From NCBI GenBank assembly GCA_965649825.1, contig OZ287709.1, forward strand, positions 1-64,000: DNA of 64,000 nt, in the 5' to 3' direction. A model generated the notes under the pieces. The model was given only the letters and a program-made list of their open reading frames with translations. It searched no databases and was not told the DNA's origin. A program made the translations under genes and the position numbers. Each line of letters starts with the position of its first letter. The first letter of the stretch is position 1. The DNA is from Penicillus capitatus. Its lineage: Eukaryota; Plantae; Chlorophyta. Shown here in pieces: positions 1 to 12,429 of this stretch.

Positions 1-3000
1 GAACAACGGAGTCAACTGCATGAAAACAAAACGCACCCTCGGGAAAGAAAACCTCCCGTAGCGAAAGTTGAAGGTAATTGTTTGATATCTGGCAATCATT
101 CGATTCGACAGAATCTGCATTATCGACAAGCAAAGCTGAGCCAAAACTTTCAACAGAGTTGTCAGTGAAATTACTGCGTTCTAGATGGACGCTTTTTACG
201 CTAGAAAAGCGAACATTATGCCTATAAGCAGAGTTTCCTTGAAAAACGGAGTCGATGATCTTTAGATTGCTACGTCTTCCCACAGAGTCGTAAAAGTTAA
301 TCACACCTGCGGATCCAAGACACTGTAAGAACCTCGATTTTGAGATAAAGAAGTTGCCACTGAAATCTGTAAACGTCATCTCACTTACATGTCCTAAACG
401 GTTAGCATAAAAAGTGCAGTTTGTCATTCTAAAGTCCACGTTCGGACTATATTTCATCGCCAAATCTCCACCAGCATGTAAATAATAGCCCTTTTGATTA
501 TCCAGAGCATTAAATGAAAACGTCGTAGAATGCAAGAACACGCGTCCCGACTCAAATCCCCAAATCTGGAGTTGGATCCCAAAGTCCGCGATTTTCGCAG
601 AAGGCCGTCCCACGTTCTTCGTAAAGCTCGTGTAGGAGATATTTAACGCAGGATTTAGGTTATGGTATTTTCCCTCAACGAAAACGACAGAACCACGACT
701 GACCTCATTCTCTTCGAAGATGGATGCGTGTATCTGCAATTGTCTGGAACGAGTGGCTGAGATACAAGACCCCGCGTGGATCTTGTTGTCGACGAAGTGC
801 ACATCATCCACTGTCCCATTGGATCCTTGACTCAAGGACAAGCCAGAGCCACCGTCACTGTACTCGTTAGATCGGAACAGAACTGCACGAAGATGGACGT
901 CGCTTTCATCAAAGACTGAGATACAAGACCCCGCGTGGATCTTGTTGTCGACGAAGTGCACATCATCCACTGTCCCATTGGATCCTTGACTCAAGGACAA
1001 GCCAGAGCCACCGTCACTGTACTCGTTAGATCGGAACAGAACTGCACGAAGATGGACGTCGCTTTCATCAAAGACTGAGATACAAGACCCCGCGTGGATC
1101 TTGTTGTCGACGAAGTGCACATCATCCACTGTCCCATTGGATCCTTGACTCAAGGACAAGCCAGAGCCACCGTTACTGTACTCGTTAGATCGGAACAGAA
1201 CTGCACGAAGATGGACGTCGCTTTCATCAAAGACTGAGATACAAGACCCCGCGTGGATCTTGTTGTCGACGAAGTGCACATCATCCACTGTCCCATTGGA
1301 TCCTTGATTCAAGGACAAGCCAGAGCCACCGTCACTGTACTCGTTAGATCGGAACAGAACTGCACGAAGATGGACGTCGCTTTCATCAAAGACTGAGATA
1401 CAAGACCCCGCGTGGATCTTGTTGTCGACGAAGTGCACATCATCCACTGTCCCATTGGATCCTTGACTCAAGGACAAGCCAGAGCCACCGTCACTGTACT
1501 CGTTAGATCGGAACAGAACTGCACGAAGATGGACGTCGCTTTCATCAAAGACTGAGATACAAGACCCCGCGTGGATCTTGTTGTCGACGAAGTGCACATC
1601 ATCCACTGTCCCATTGGATCCTTGACTCAAGGACAAGCCAGAGCCACCGTCACTGTACTCGTTAGATCGGAACAGAACTGCACGAAGATGGACGTCGCTT
1701 TCATCAAAGACTGAGATACAAGACCCCGCGTGGATCTTGTTGTCGACGAAGTGCACATCATCCACTGTCCCATTGGATCCTTGACTCAAGGACAAGCCAG
1801 AGCCACCGTCACTGTACTCGTTAGATCGGAACAGAACTGCACGAAGATGGACGTCGCTTTCATCAAAGACTGAGATACAAGACCCCGCGTGGATCTTGTT
1901 GTCGACGAAGTGCACATCATCCACTGTCCCATTGGATCCTTGACTCAAGGACAAGCCAGAGCCACCGTCACTGTACTCGTTAGATCGGAACAGAACTGCA
2001 CGAAGATGGACGTCGCTTTCATCAAAGACTGAGATACAAGACCCCGCGTGGATCTTGTTGTCGACGAAGTGCACATCATCCACTGTCCCATTGGATCCTT
2101 GACTCAAGGACAAGCCAGAGCCACCGTCACTGTACTCGTTAGATCGGAACAGAACTGCACGAAGATGGACGTCGCTTTCATCAAAGACTGAGATACAAGA
2201 CCCCGCGTGGATCTTGTTGTCGACGAAGTGCACATCATCCACTGTCCCATTGGATCCTTGACTCAAGGACAAGCCAGAGCCACCGTCACTGTACTCGTTA
2301 GATCGGAACAGAACTGCACGAAGATGGACGTCGCTTTCATCAAAGACTGAGATACAAGACCCCGCGTGGATCTTGTTGTCGACGAAGTGCACATCATCCA
2401 CTGTCCCATTGGATCCTTGACTCAAGGACAAGCCAGAGCCACCGTCACTGTACTCGTTAGATCGGAACAGAACTGCACGAAGATGGACTGTGCTTTTGGA
2501 GGCAATAATCATCGCGCCTCCTTCTGCTGCAAAAGCATTGCGATAAAAACTCGATCTGCCCGTCATCGTCAGTGTTGCATTGTCGACAGATATCAGTTCT
2601 CCCTTGTTCGTCTCGGCTGTGACATTCATCAGCGTCGTCACAGATGACTTGGGAAAACGGAAAAAAGCATGTGGCAGTGAATACATGATAATACGGCGCC
2701 GAGGCGGCATATGCCTGAAAACATAACGGATCACTTAAACTTCCAGTAGCGATCTTTCCAACTTACACTTGAATCTTTGGAAGTCTCGTAATGACTTGCT
2801 TGGTCAAATCCTGACCATCATTCGCAAGTGTTGACCAGATGTGAGTGTTCTCAAATAGACCTATGTTTTTGAGATCGTTCTTCTGGCCAAACAACAAGCC
2901 TTGAAGGAACGTATTTCCATTGAATACGACGCTGTCCATCGAGACTGAGACGCAAGCTCGATTTCGGACAGAGAATCCAACTGAACCACCGCGATTCGTA

Positions 3001-3732
3001 TTGTTGACAATGTCGACGTTCGACATTTCCAAGACGAAGGCTTCATCTGAGGATGCGTCGCATTTGACGTCAATAAGGCTGTCGATGGAAACGTCCTTAG
3101 AGAGCGAGCAGTCTCGGATGACAATATCCTCCAGGAAGACGCTCGCGTTCCTAGACACGCCAAGTGCGATTCATGTGCGCTGCCTTGTCATGGAAAACGC
3201 ACTCGATGAGCAGAAGCCTGTCGTTCGAAGGACATGTCAAGGTCGTTCTCGTGTCATCCTCTGCCTTTGTCTTTGTCGCGTCTGATTGGCCCTGTCGAAT
3301 CGCGAGTTGCCTTGTAATTTTAAGTGGCTTCGGCGGTTGGACGGTGTTTGAAGCGCTTATCAGAATGACATCTCCGTCGCTTGCGCAATCGATGGCGTCT
3401 TGCAAACCATGTTCGTCGAGGAACGCATCGTCGACGTGCCACGTCGTCCCCATGCCACGGGCTGCGTCGTCCTTTGCTTGCAGCAAACTGCAAGCGTCAT
3501 CTGGAAACCGAACACGTAAAAGAAGCTCCCTCGTTTTCGTGCGAACGCGCTAAGGAATCAAACATGTCGCCTTCGCGTCTGAATTCTAGCGCGTTTAGCG
3601 TCGTTGCGTCAAACCAAAGCAAGCGAGGTTCTTGTGCTGACCTTGTGAATCTCCTTCTACCACTGTCAAAATGGCGACAAAGTATAATGCTACGGCGTAG
3701 CACTTGAAGACATCTGCTGTTCGTCTTAGCAT
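1..3732 (-). CDS. Large secreted parallel beta-helix (pectin-lyase-fold / Pmp-like) repeat protein, 3' end beyond window
   Basis: ATG 3732 gives a signal-peptide-like start (MLRRTADVFKCYAVALYFVAILTVVEG). Introns at about 3501-3649, about 3151-3202 and 2715-2766. The minus frame is then open from 2714 to base 1 by my translation. It contains FxxN and GG(A/S) motifs (SFYRNAFAAEGGAMII, NFTDNSVESFGSALLV). It is missing from the ORF track because there is no stop in the window. Confidence 0.75.
757..2488. repeat. Coding tandem repeat, 159-bp unit x about 11 (10 full + 142 bp)
   Basis: Units start at 757, 916, 1075 ... 2347. The minus strand encodes FDESDVHLRAVLFRSNEYSDGGSGLSLSQGSNGTVDDVHFVDNKIHAGSCISV. 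I saw only two substitutions, at about 1174 and 1308. Confidence 0.97.
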
Positions 3733-4390
3733 GTTTTCTGAACCAGAGAGCAGGTTCGAAAACACGCAAGGCAAAACGAAGCACGCAAAAGAAGGCCTAG
3801 AATTGTGCTGCCAAACGTCGAGTTCGCTCGTATTTATACCCTCAGGCGTGGCAGTTTGTGTATCACAGGGTCGCATGATACGTGGATGCCAAATGAAGAT
3901 GTGATTGTCTGATAAATCGGATTTGAGACGTGCCTCAGATAACTCCGTGCATAGGACAGCACCGTAGTGGTGTTGCCACGAGAATCCTGAACACGAACAG
4001 TGAACAAGGTTCTCTTCGTGCCCTGCCTCTGCCATGATCTTCTCCCGGAGAAATGAAGAACTAGTTCTAACGAGAAGGAACACAATCAATCGAACTCACC
4101 ACCCACGCTGGAGAGAGGAGGTTCACAAGAAGAAGAACAAAATTCTTTGTCCGCGCATCAGTGTTCATTGTCGATATCTTTACATCTTGACAGGACTACC
4201 AATGCACGCTTTTCTTTGGGCATCTGTCTCTATCTTCTCAAGTGTTTTGCCTTACAGAAGCGTAACACAAACATAATGTTTTACAGTTAAAACACTCAAG
4301 TTCACCGATTAAGGATACTAAGAACAGGAAGTGAAAAGAAGTTCTCTCCATCCTTTTTAGAAAGATCTATTGGCTTTCCCTGTGGCCAAG

Positions 4391-6069
4391 CTACATGGCC
4401 TTCTCGGCAAGGCCTGTACGGATCTCTTCTTCAGTGTACTCTGCCAGGTAATAGTCAATCGCTTGTGTGTTTGGTGCCGGTTTCCACAACAGACCACCCC
4501 ACATCGGATAGTAGATTGAAAGAAACAGACTGGTGGACGCGAGAATCGTGATGCCAGCCCAAAAGAACCCTTCATGTGTATCCATTCTGCACAGGGCGAT
4601 ATTGTCAGTCTTTCTTGAGCAGGAAAAAAGAGAAAGACACACCTGGATTTGTTGAATAAGAGCTCCTGCAGAACAGACCCGATGATACTGGCACCGGATC
4701 CGACAATGCCTTGGACAAGTCCGAGAGCTCGATGCGAAACAGATGGTGTCAAAGTGAACAGGGCAGCTGCGTATATTGCAATGGCAGCCAAGAGCAATTG
4801 CATGGCAATGATAGAAAGAATGAGATTTTCGTGTACTTCCGATAGAAAGATGAGAAACAAGCCGAGGGCTGCCATGACTACAGTGGTAAACCACAGACGT
4901 CCACGCATGCCCTTGTAACGCCCGATGAGATCAGAGAGGTAACCTCCGACAGGCATGTACAGGGCATTGACGAAACCAGCTAAACTGCCCAATGCGCCAG
5001 CAGTTGCAAGACTAGACAAAACATTCTAAGGCAAAAGAATATCATCAATGGAAGCGGACCTGATGTCGAAGTTGTCAAAGTAGTATGAGGTGATGATGTT
5101 GTAGATTGAAAGGCCGATGCCAAGAACGATACCGTACAGCAACATGAACACCCAGGTTCTATAGTTTTTGACAGCCACCTTCCATGTCTTGCGCGGTTCT
5201 CGTCCACCGGCGCGGCGCGATGAATGGACTGACGGATGCCGGCCACCCAGTGGGTCTTTTGTTGCTAAGAGGACATAGATGAAGATAACCATCTGCAGGA
5301 TTCCTGGGACGAGCAATGCGACTCTCCAAGCAACGAGAGGCTCAACTGTCTGTGAAATCAAGATAAACAAAGTTGGCAAGAGCAGTTGAGCGGCACCGAA
5401 ACCAGATTCCGCCAGGCCGAGAGTCGTCGAATTCGCCATGCCCACAATGTCATCGGCGAATGTCAATGAACACCAGCAAAGGCTCACTGTCTGGCAGCCC
5501 ATGGACAATCCGATCAGCGGTCGGCAAATGATGTGACCTAAACACAACTGTCGGTGTGAGCTAAGATGTGCGCAGAGCACGCGCCAGTAGGTCCGTCGAC
5601 GAGTGTGATGCCAAGGAGTGGCAGGCCAGTCACAACGAGCGTGACCAGCATGACGATTTTCGGTCCGTAGACGTCGCACAGGTGTCCAAGCATGATGCGA
5701 CAGAAAGCTGTTCCTCCCAGCGTCAAGGCATTTCCGAGTGCGATGTCGGATTCGTCAAGGTTAACCGTGTCTCGAATCGGAACAGTCAATGCTGCTGGAG
5801 CAAAGGACGCAAACATGGCGACGAAGAAAGACGCCCATGCGCCATGAAAAGCACGTACAGGTGCTGTGCGAAGACACCATGGACGAAAGGCAGTCGCACG
5901 AGTGTCGACACAGGATTCGTCTCCATCTCTTGAAATCGGCGTGCCGACGAGACCTGAAACATCACAGCTGACACATCATTCAAATCACGGCCTTAGAGAA
6001 GATACCTCCTCCATTCGGACAATCGACATTCAGACAACTATCACTGCCACAATACTCACTGATGTGCAT
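4391..6069 (-). CDS. NRT2: NRT2/NNP-family MFS nitrate/nitrite transporter, divergent paralog (spliced)
   Basis: Joined exons give RAFHGAWASFFVAMFASFAPAAL, KNYRTWVFMLLYG, YKGMRGRLW and YYPMWGG...DYYLAEYTEEEI, all typical of algal NRT2. Confidence 0.85.
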
Positions 6070-6908
6070 GTTATAAACTTTGGATCGCTGGTGCTCGACG
6101 GAATCGCTTAAAAGCCTTTCTTCGTTGCCAAATTTCTGAATTTAGCTTTGCTGCGTCACCTTGACATCGCTCTGACATCTGCATGATCAGAGCAGTCTCA
6201 AAGCGCCAAGGATCCTTTTTTAAAACAGCACGCAGTCCAATGCGTTGGGTCGTATCTGCTTATAGAGCGTCCATCCGTTCAGGCACCTCTGATGTGAATA
6301 TGCCTTTTGCCTCACATGCAATGGAGAGATGGCCAACCCCCTACTCTCAGATAACCAGTACGGAAAAAAGAAAACGAAATGCCCTCGTTTCTGGAAAGAA
6401 CGACATAACGACAGATCTTTCTCGTCACCTCCTTTCAACCGTAAAGGAGGCAACACGATCTCGTCTGTAGTGAACAACATGGAAACCAAGGTATTCCAAA
6501 AAGTCAAACGGTTTGACACCCATAGAATGAAACCAGGAGTTGCTCTCCATTTCCCTCCATTTAGACATGCCATTCCTGTGAACGCTCTCTGAGAAAGAAT
6601 GCAAGGCAGACAAAACGAATAACAATTCCAACTGAGAGAAAGACAGATCTTGCAAAGCACAGTCTACGTCTGTCAAGAATCGCTCGTTTCTGTCGAATTT
6701 TGTTGTCAGATACGTTATAAAGATCTCTTATTTCCATAGAAATGCAAAAAATCGTTGAGTTAAGCTCTCTGACGGGGACGAGGCCTGGCTGCCTGTCCTC
6801 TTCCGAGGGTCGCAAATAGGAACACGACAGAGACGACGAAGACGCCACCGAACACCGTCTTAGGTCGAACACACAGCGTCTCACTCTCTCTAATAGATGA
6901 TGGAGACA

Positions 6909-8644
6909 TCAATCTTTCTCCCTCGGAACCTGCACAGCGATATTAGGCATGCAACGAGCAATGCGTGGATGGGCACCATCGAAATCGGACGCTGTGCTGC
7001 AGGCAAGCAAGAACTTTCTGAAACCGGCTTCCGTCGTGAGTATGCCAGTCCACATGGATGCGTTCATAGCGATGTTGTATGCCATGGGACGCATCTTCGC
7101 ATTGTCAAAGTAGAGACTCGTCATCTCCACTGCCTGCGTCTTCTCCCCCTTCGCAGAAATCCGTGGCCTATTTTTGCACACACCATCTCACTGTCCATCA
7201 GAGTAGAGATGACAGATCTTTGACATCAAAGGAACATCAGACAGTGGCCCGAATTTTCTCATCACGATGACAGTAAGATGTGTGGAATGACTTACTTGAT
7301 AACAAAGGCTGCAGCGTAGTCGTCCACTCGAACATTTCTCTTTCTACGGGAGGGTGCATTGGGATGTCTAGCAGATTTTGCGATGCAATAGCATCCACCG
7401 TCTGCTCGATTCCAGACTCGACGAGCTGCCACATATTCGCGATTGCATAGAGGTCCTGGCATCTTATTTCTGCAGAGCAAATCGCGTTTCCCTTTTGGAA
7501 GATGGAGGTCAAGGCGGAATCCGTACTCTGTGAAGATGAAACAGGACTCTGAGTACTCTTGCATCTCCGATGCCTCGTTTTCTGTCTGTAAGACCTGAAT
7601 GTCAAGAGTGGACCAATCCCAGTCCAGACGCTTCGCCGGATCCAAGATAAACCGACGGAAATCATCCACTTTTGCATCTTCAAAGACTAAAACCCCCCGT
7701 GACATTCTCACTCGGTGAAAGATGCTTAGATTTGGAGTCTGACTTGCTGTTGAGCGGTAGACGTAGAGTCCATGTCTCAGGTATTTTCGCTCCATGAAGA
7801 AGGACACGTCGCCTTTGCGTTTCTCTAGTCGTTTCTCCCATGGATGATCGATTCCATTTCTTCTTTCAGATAGTCCAAACAACGAGTGTTTGGTGTTTGG
7901 ATCATACGTCCGGCCTCCACACACAGATCTTAGTTTGATGTGACAGGAAGAGATCCAAACCTAGATCCGCAATGCATTTCTGAGCCGTCGTGTCGTCCAA
8001 TAGCGACGCAAATTGAAGAAGGTAGGAATCTGGAACAGATTGTTTTATTCGATTGGTTGCGGGGCATCCATAATGAAGCAATGACTCGATCAATGGATCA
8101 GAATCAAAGGCTTTGAGTGACCTGCACACTCTCACACTTGTAACAATCATACATCCACTCATCACACGCACTTGCGTTCTTCGGTGTTGAAGTCTTGTAG
8201 ACGCATAGCACATTCCGCGTCCATTTGTTGTTGTCGTTGTTGTTTAAACATGAGCGAAAGGCAGAGTTTGATCCAGAGTTTTCTTAGATTGATGCGAAAG
8301 ATGAGCCACAATACCGTCAGCGTCTCCGACACAACGGAGCACCACTCGATAAAGTGACTTGCGCTTCTGGACGGGTGTGGTTTGTCAGAATCTGTCGTTG
8401 GTGGGGAAAGGGTATGGACTGGGATATCTCCCTTGGCCGTTTTCTTTTTTGGCTCCTTTGCTGAACCTTTAAGACTCGTATGTCCTACACCGGTGATGTG
8501 CAGCACGTTGACTAAACGGAGAAAACCCAACCCTTTATTCCACCACGAATCTTATAGCTATCTACCGTTTCTGGCGAAAAAGTAGAAGGGAGTGAGGATG
8601 ATGAGGCCCAGCTGGATAAGCGAAGACACCAAAGAAGCGGTCAT
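6909..8644 (-). CDS. START lipid-binding domain protein with N-terminal hydrophobic segment (spliced)
   Basis: ORF fragments 7292..7924 (RLDWD, MPGPLCNREYVAARRVW, HPNAP, VRVDDY) and 6909..7181 match PCTP-like START domains. The start position is approximate. Confidence 0.8.
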
Positions 8645-9262
8645 ATCCCAAGTGCACCTGAAAGCAGAGAACGTACGAACTGTGAAAGGCGAAGCGACGT
8701 AAAGACGGGAGCCTTTGCGAGAAACGAAGGCGACTAGTGGAGTCAGCTCGGCGACTGACCTTCGCGCTCTCCTCAACGCGTGTCTCACTGAACAGCCGTC
8801 TTGACGGAATTCCGTTGCGATTCACGTCCAAATGGCACCGACCCCTTGTGGTAATGGGTCCAGCCACGGCGTTAAAGCCGTAACCGTCGAGAGTCGGTCG
8901 GCTTTATCGACAGGCGCGTGGCGTGGCGTGGCGTGGCACGGCACAAGACCAGCCACAAGTGCATTGTCGAGCACTGAGGGCGACCCCGTCATGGTCGCTA
9001 GCGACCAGCTTCGTCTTCAACGTCATCGTTGCAGAAGCAATGAGCTTCCACGAAGGGGCCGGAATACATCCAACACGGTTTCGAGGATGGTCTACTTATA
9101 GTGTATGCAAACGAAGCAAGTCAAAAAACAGCACCAAAGTCAAGTGCAGCGTCCAGAGATCTGTGTGTCGTCGATATTTGAGTTTTTCAGTGCGTTCGTT
9201 CTTTTAACTGTAACCGTTAAGAAGCGCTTCATACGTTGTGTTCGCCCGTTTCCGCATCGTCC

Positions 9263-10850
9263 ATGCAGACGGCACTACTTCAAGGAGGTAACGGCATTCG
9301 CTGCTTTTCATCGACAATCGTCAACAGACATCGCCTTGTGTCTGCGTGTGTTTCTATTAGAGGACCGAAGTGTTGAGTTCCTTCTCCCCGTTGACTCCGA
9401 ATGTAAATCCCTCGTCTTCCGTCCATGGGTCTTCCGAGGTGTACACATGCGTGCCTTTCATGCGTCATGGTTGTCTATGTTTGTTTCCTTCTTCTCAACG
9501 TTCGCCCCGGCCGCTCTCTCAGTGACCATTCGAGACAATCTAGACCTGACAGACAAGGATGTTTCGAATGCCAATATCGCCGCTGTAGCCGGAACAGTGC
9601 TCTCTCGTATCCTTCTCGGAACGATCTGTGATACATTTGGACCCAGAATCGCACATTCCATGCTCCTGCTGTCGACAGCGGTCGGAGTCTTCTTCTTTGC
9701 CATTGTGACCGATGCCACTGGCTACATTCTCTGCCGTCTGATTGTGGGCCTCTCCCTCGGGACATTCGTTGCCTGTCAGTATTGGTCGTCTGTCGTCTTT
9801 AATGTACGCATTGTGGGTCGAGCCAATGCCGCCGGGGCAGGGGCCGGTGCATCGGGAGGCGGGATGACACAGCTCATCATGCCGATCGTCTATCTGCTCT
9901 GCACCACAGTGTTTGAACCATTCCGCGCCTGGCGTGTGGCGTCTATCTTTCCAGGCATCTTGCAGCTTCTGGTCTCTCTTCTCATTCTGACATCGACTCA
10001 GGATCTGCCAGATGGCTCTTTTGCTGATCTCATTCGAAAAGGTGCCATGAAGAAGGTGTCGACCTCGAGAACATGGCTGACGGCTATGAAGAACTATAGA
10101 GTTTGGCTATCAGCCTTCAGCTACGGCCTCACCTTTGGTGTCGAATTGGCACTGGACAACATCTCCACGTCTTACTTTTTTGATCATTTTTCCGTAAACT
10201 ATACTCTGGCTGGTGTACTGGGTTGTCTCTTTGGCACATTCAACATCATCGCCCGTCCCATATCTGGCATTCTTTCTGACAATATAGCCTTCCGATATGG
10301 CATGCGTGGTCGTCTTGTCTATCTTCTTCTCATCCAATTTGCCGGAGCCGTGTCTCTGCTATTGCTGGCAGCATCCGAGGGCAATCTGGCATTGACTTGT
10401 GTCGTCATGATTTTGACGGCCATGGGCATAGAAGGATCGCAAGCAGCGCTCTTTGGCATCGTCCCTTTCGTTTCCAAGAGATCTCTGGGAGTCGTGAATG
10501 GCATTGTCGGTGCTGGTGGCAATGTGGGAGCCGCGTTGATCACATGGATCTTTTTTGATCAAGATCGATTTGACACGCCAAAAGGCATTTTCTGGACAGG
10601 GATGACTGTCTTTGTCTTGTCATTCCACGTGCTTCTCTTTTATTTTCCAATGTGGGGTGGCATTCTATGCTCACCTGCACCAGGCGCCGAAGAAACAGAC
10701 TATTACCTGGCAGAATATACAAGGGAAGAAATCATTGATGGCAAAGCGGATCGCAGCATTCGTTTTGCGAGCGAAGCCAGAAGTCAGAGAGGCAGTCAGC
10801 ATGGCAACTCTATCCGTGCATCCCATCGTGGGGGCTCATCGCGGAAGTAG
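9263..10850 (+). CDS. NRT2: NRT2/NNP-family nitrate/nitrite transporter
   Basis: LPVDSECK, HMRAFHASW, QDLPDG, GMRGRL and FPMWGG motifs. The likely start is ATG 9263 with one intron at about 9288-9360. The rest is uninterrupted. Confidence 0.92.
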
Positions 10851-11006
10851 ATAATGACTCTTCCCTCTGTTACGAATGAATATGAACGCATCCGCGTGTC
10901 TTCGAATCGTCATGAATGCCATTTCTGTGACGCCTAACAATGAGATTGTTAACAGAGCGCCATAAGCATCTACACTCCGAAATGCGTCGCGTTCCATCAT
11001 ATGCGA

Positions 11007-11938
11007 TTAATAGACAGCAGCATGAGGCCTCTTCGGCTCATAGAGCTTCTGATAACTCGGCAACGGTGCACGAACCAACTTGCGCACCACTGGGAATTTG
11101 ATCTTCGAGTCATGGAATTGCATCACACGGGCTCGCTTGCATTGTTTGGGTGCCAATTCAGCTGTGCGGATGATCTGAATCTGGGGATGCCTACACAGAC
11201 AACACAACACTGTTGATGTCTCGCACTAATTACAGAACGCAGAAGCTGCGTCGCAATTCCTTTGGACAGCTTTGTTTTAGGCTCCTCGCGGCACAAAGAC
11301 ACAGCAGTATGTGCATTTATGCTTGACAGAAGCCGCCAGAGGTGACCCCATCCATCTGTCACCTCACCTGATTCTGTGACGCGATGACATCTCCATGTAC
11401 ATTTGGAGCACAGCCCCGTTGAGAGTCACATCACGATACTCTTTGTACATGTTGTGGTATCCAGTGCGTGATTGGACCCGGATCCAGATGCCGTAGTTGT
11501 GTGGAATCGTCGTTCTTTTGGGCACGATCTACACACAGCAGTGTCAGACACGCGAGTTCTGATTTGTTTTTAAAAAAGAGTGAGATGTATTGACCTCGAT
11601 GCAGGAAATAACCTGTCCGTTACTTTTCTTCACACGCTTCAGCTTTCTGAGGAAGTACCTGCAAAAGTAGAAGAAATGCGAGAGGCCTCGTGGATCGAGT
11701 GCAGTCCCACCAGAATTTTGATTTGGCTGCCACATGATTCTTCGCCCAGATCCGCATGCGATAAAGAGGTGGGTTCTCTTCGTGGGCCGTTGGCAAGTGA
11801 CGCCCGACGACATGGTACTGACGGTAAACATACTGGCCCTAAAACAAAGGATTGAATCTGCCTTAGCCGCATGCGAAGGAGGTCTATGGGCACCTCATGT
11901 TGCGCAGCACGTTTCTTGTTCGTCAGTAGCTTTGACAT
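11007..11938 (-). CDS. RPL18A: 60S ribosomal protein L18a (eL20), 5 exons
   Basis: Spliced translation [10 protein letters not shown]...[21 protein letters not shown]...[30 protein letters not shown]...IQIIRTA...FHDSKIKFP. Introns include 11659-11710, 11529-11594 and 11191-11367. Confidence 0.95.
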
Positions 11939-12429
11939 GTTGTCCGCAAAAGGCGCCGCCTATGGGGATTAAGATTCGATCGCGGTTTTCGACGTGACGT
12001 TTCGTCCAGATCGTCCATTTTCAAAATGTCAAGAATTGATGGGACGTTCTGTCTCTGACAGATGGATCACAATCTCATTCGATTCCTGATGCGAAATCGA
12101 AACAACAAAAGGGAAATCTGTCTCCCGTGTCGAGTTCGAAGAGCCGCTATTGATTTCCTCTACCACCAACAACAATGCCAAAAAGATCCTCTGTTAGCCA
12201 TACACATCTCAGACTATTATCCCATTATTTATCGACTTTACCTTAATGGACGTCTTTTCGAATCCACGAGTACGAGTGATGACAGAGCTAAACTCCTTGA
12301 GATGGATGATGTGCCGCTGTTCGGCAACACGGTACTGTAGGAGATGTTGCTTCATCAAAACAAACAGTGGATTCAACTCAGTCATGTTGTGTTCCACTTT
12401 CTGTTTCTTCGAAAGAGCACCCTGGCCAA

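Noticed and set aside
757-2488. CRISPR-like or satellite array
   Set aside because: There are no unique spacers, the unit is a multiple of three and open on the minus strand within a gene, and there are no cas genes.
2366-2647. Plus-strand ORF over the last repeat unit
   Set aside because: It is an antisense shadow. The plus frame has a stop in every repeat unit.
8992-9007. Perfect 16-bp palindrome TGGTCGCTAGCGACCA between START and NRT2
   Set aside because: About one such palindrome is expected by chance in 64 kb, and no second copy was seen.
9105-9262. Long N-terminal extension of NRT2 from the ORF track
   Set aside because: It reads through an intron-like segment. A spliced start at 9263 fits NRT2 length better.
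12062-12340. 92-aa plus-strand ORF
   Set aside because: No recognisable motif. It lies in the 3' region of the minus-strand gene, so there is not enough support.
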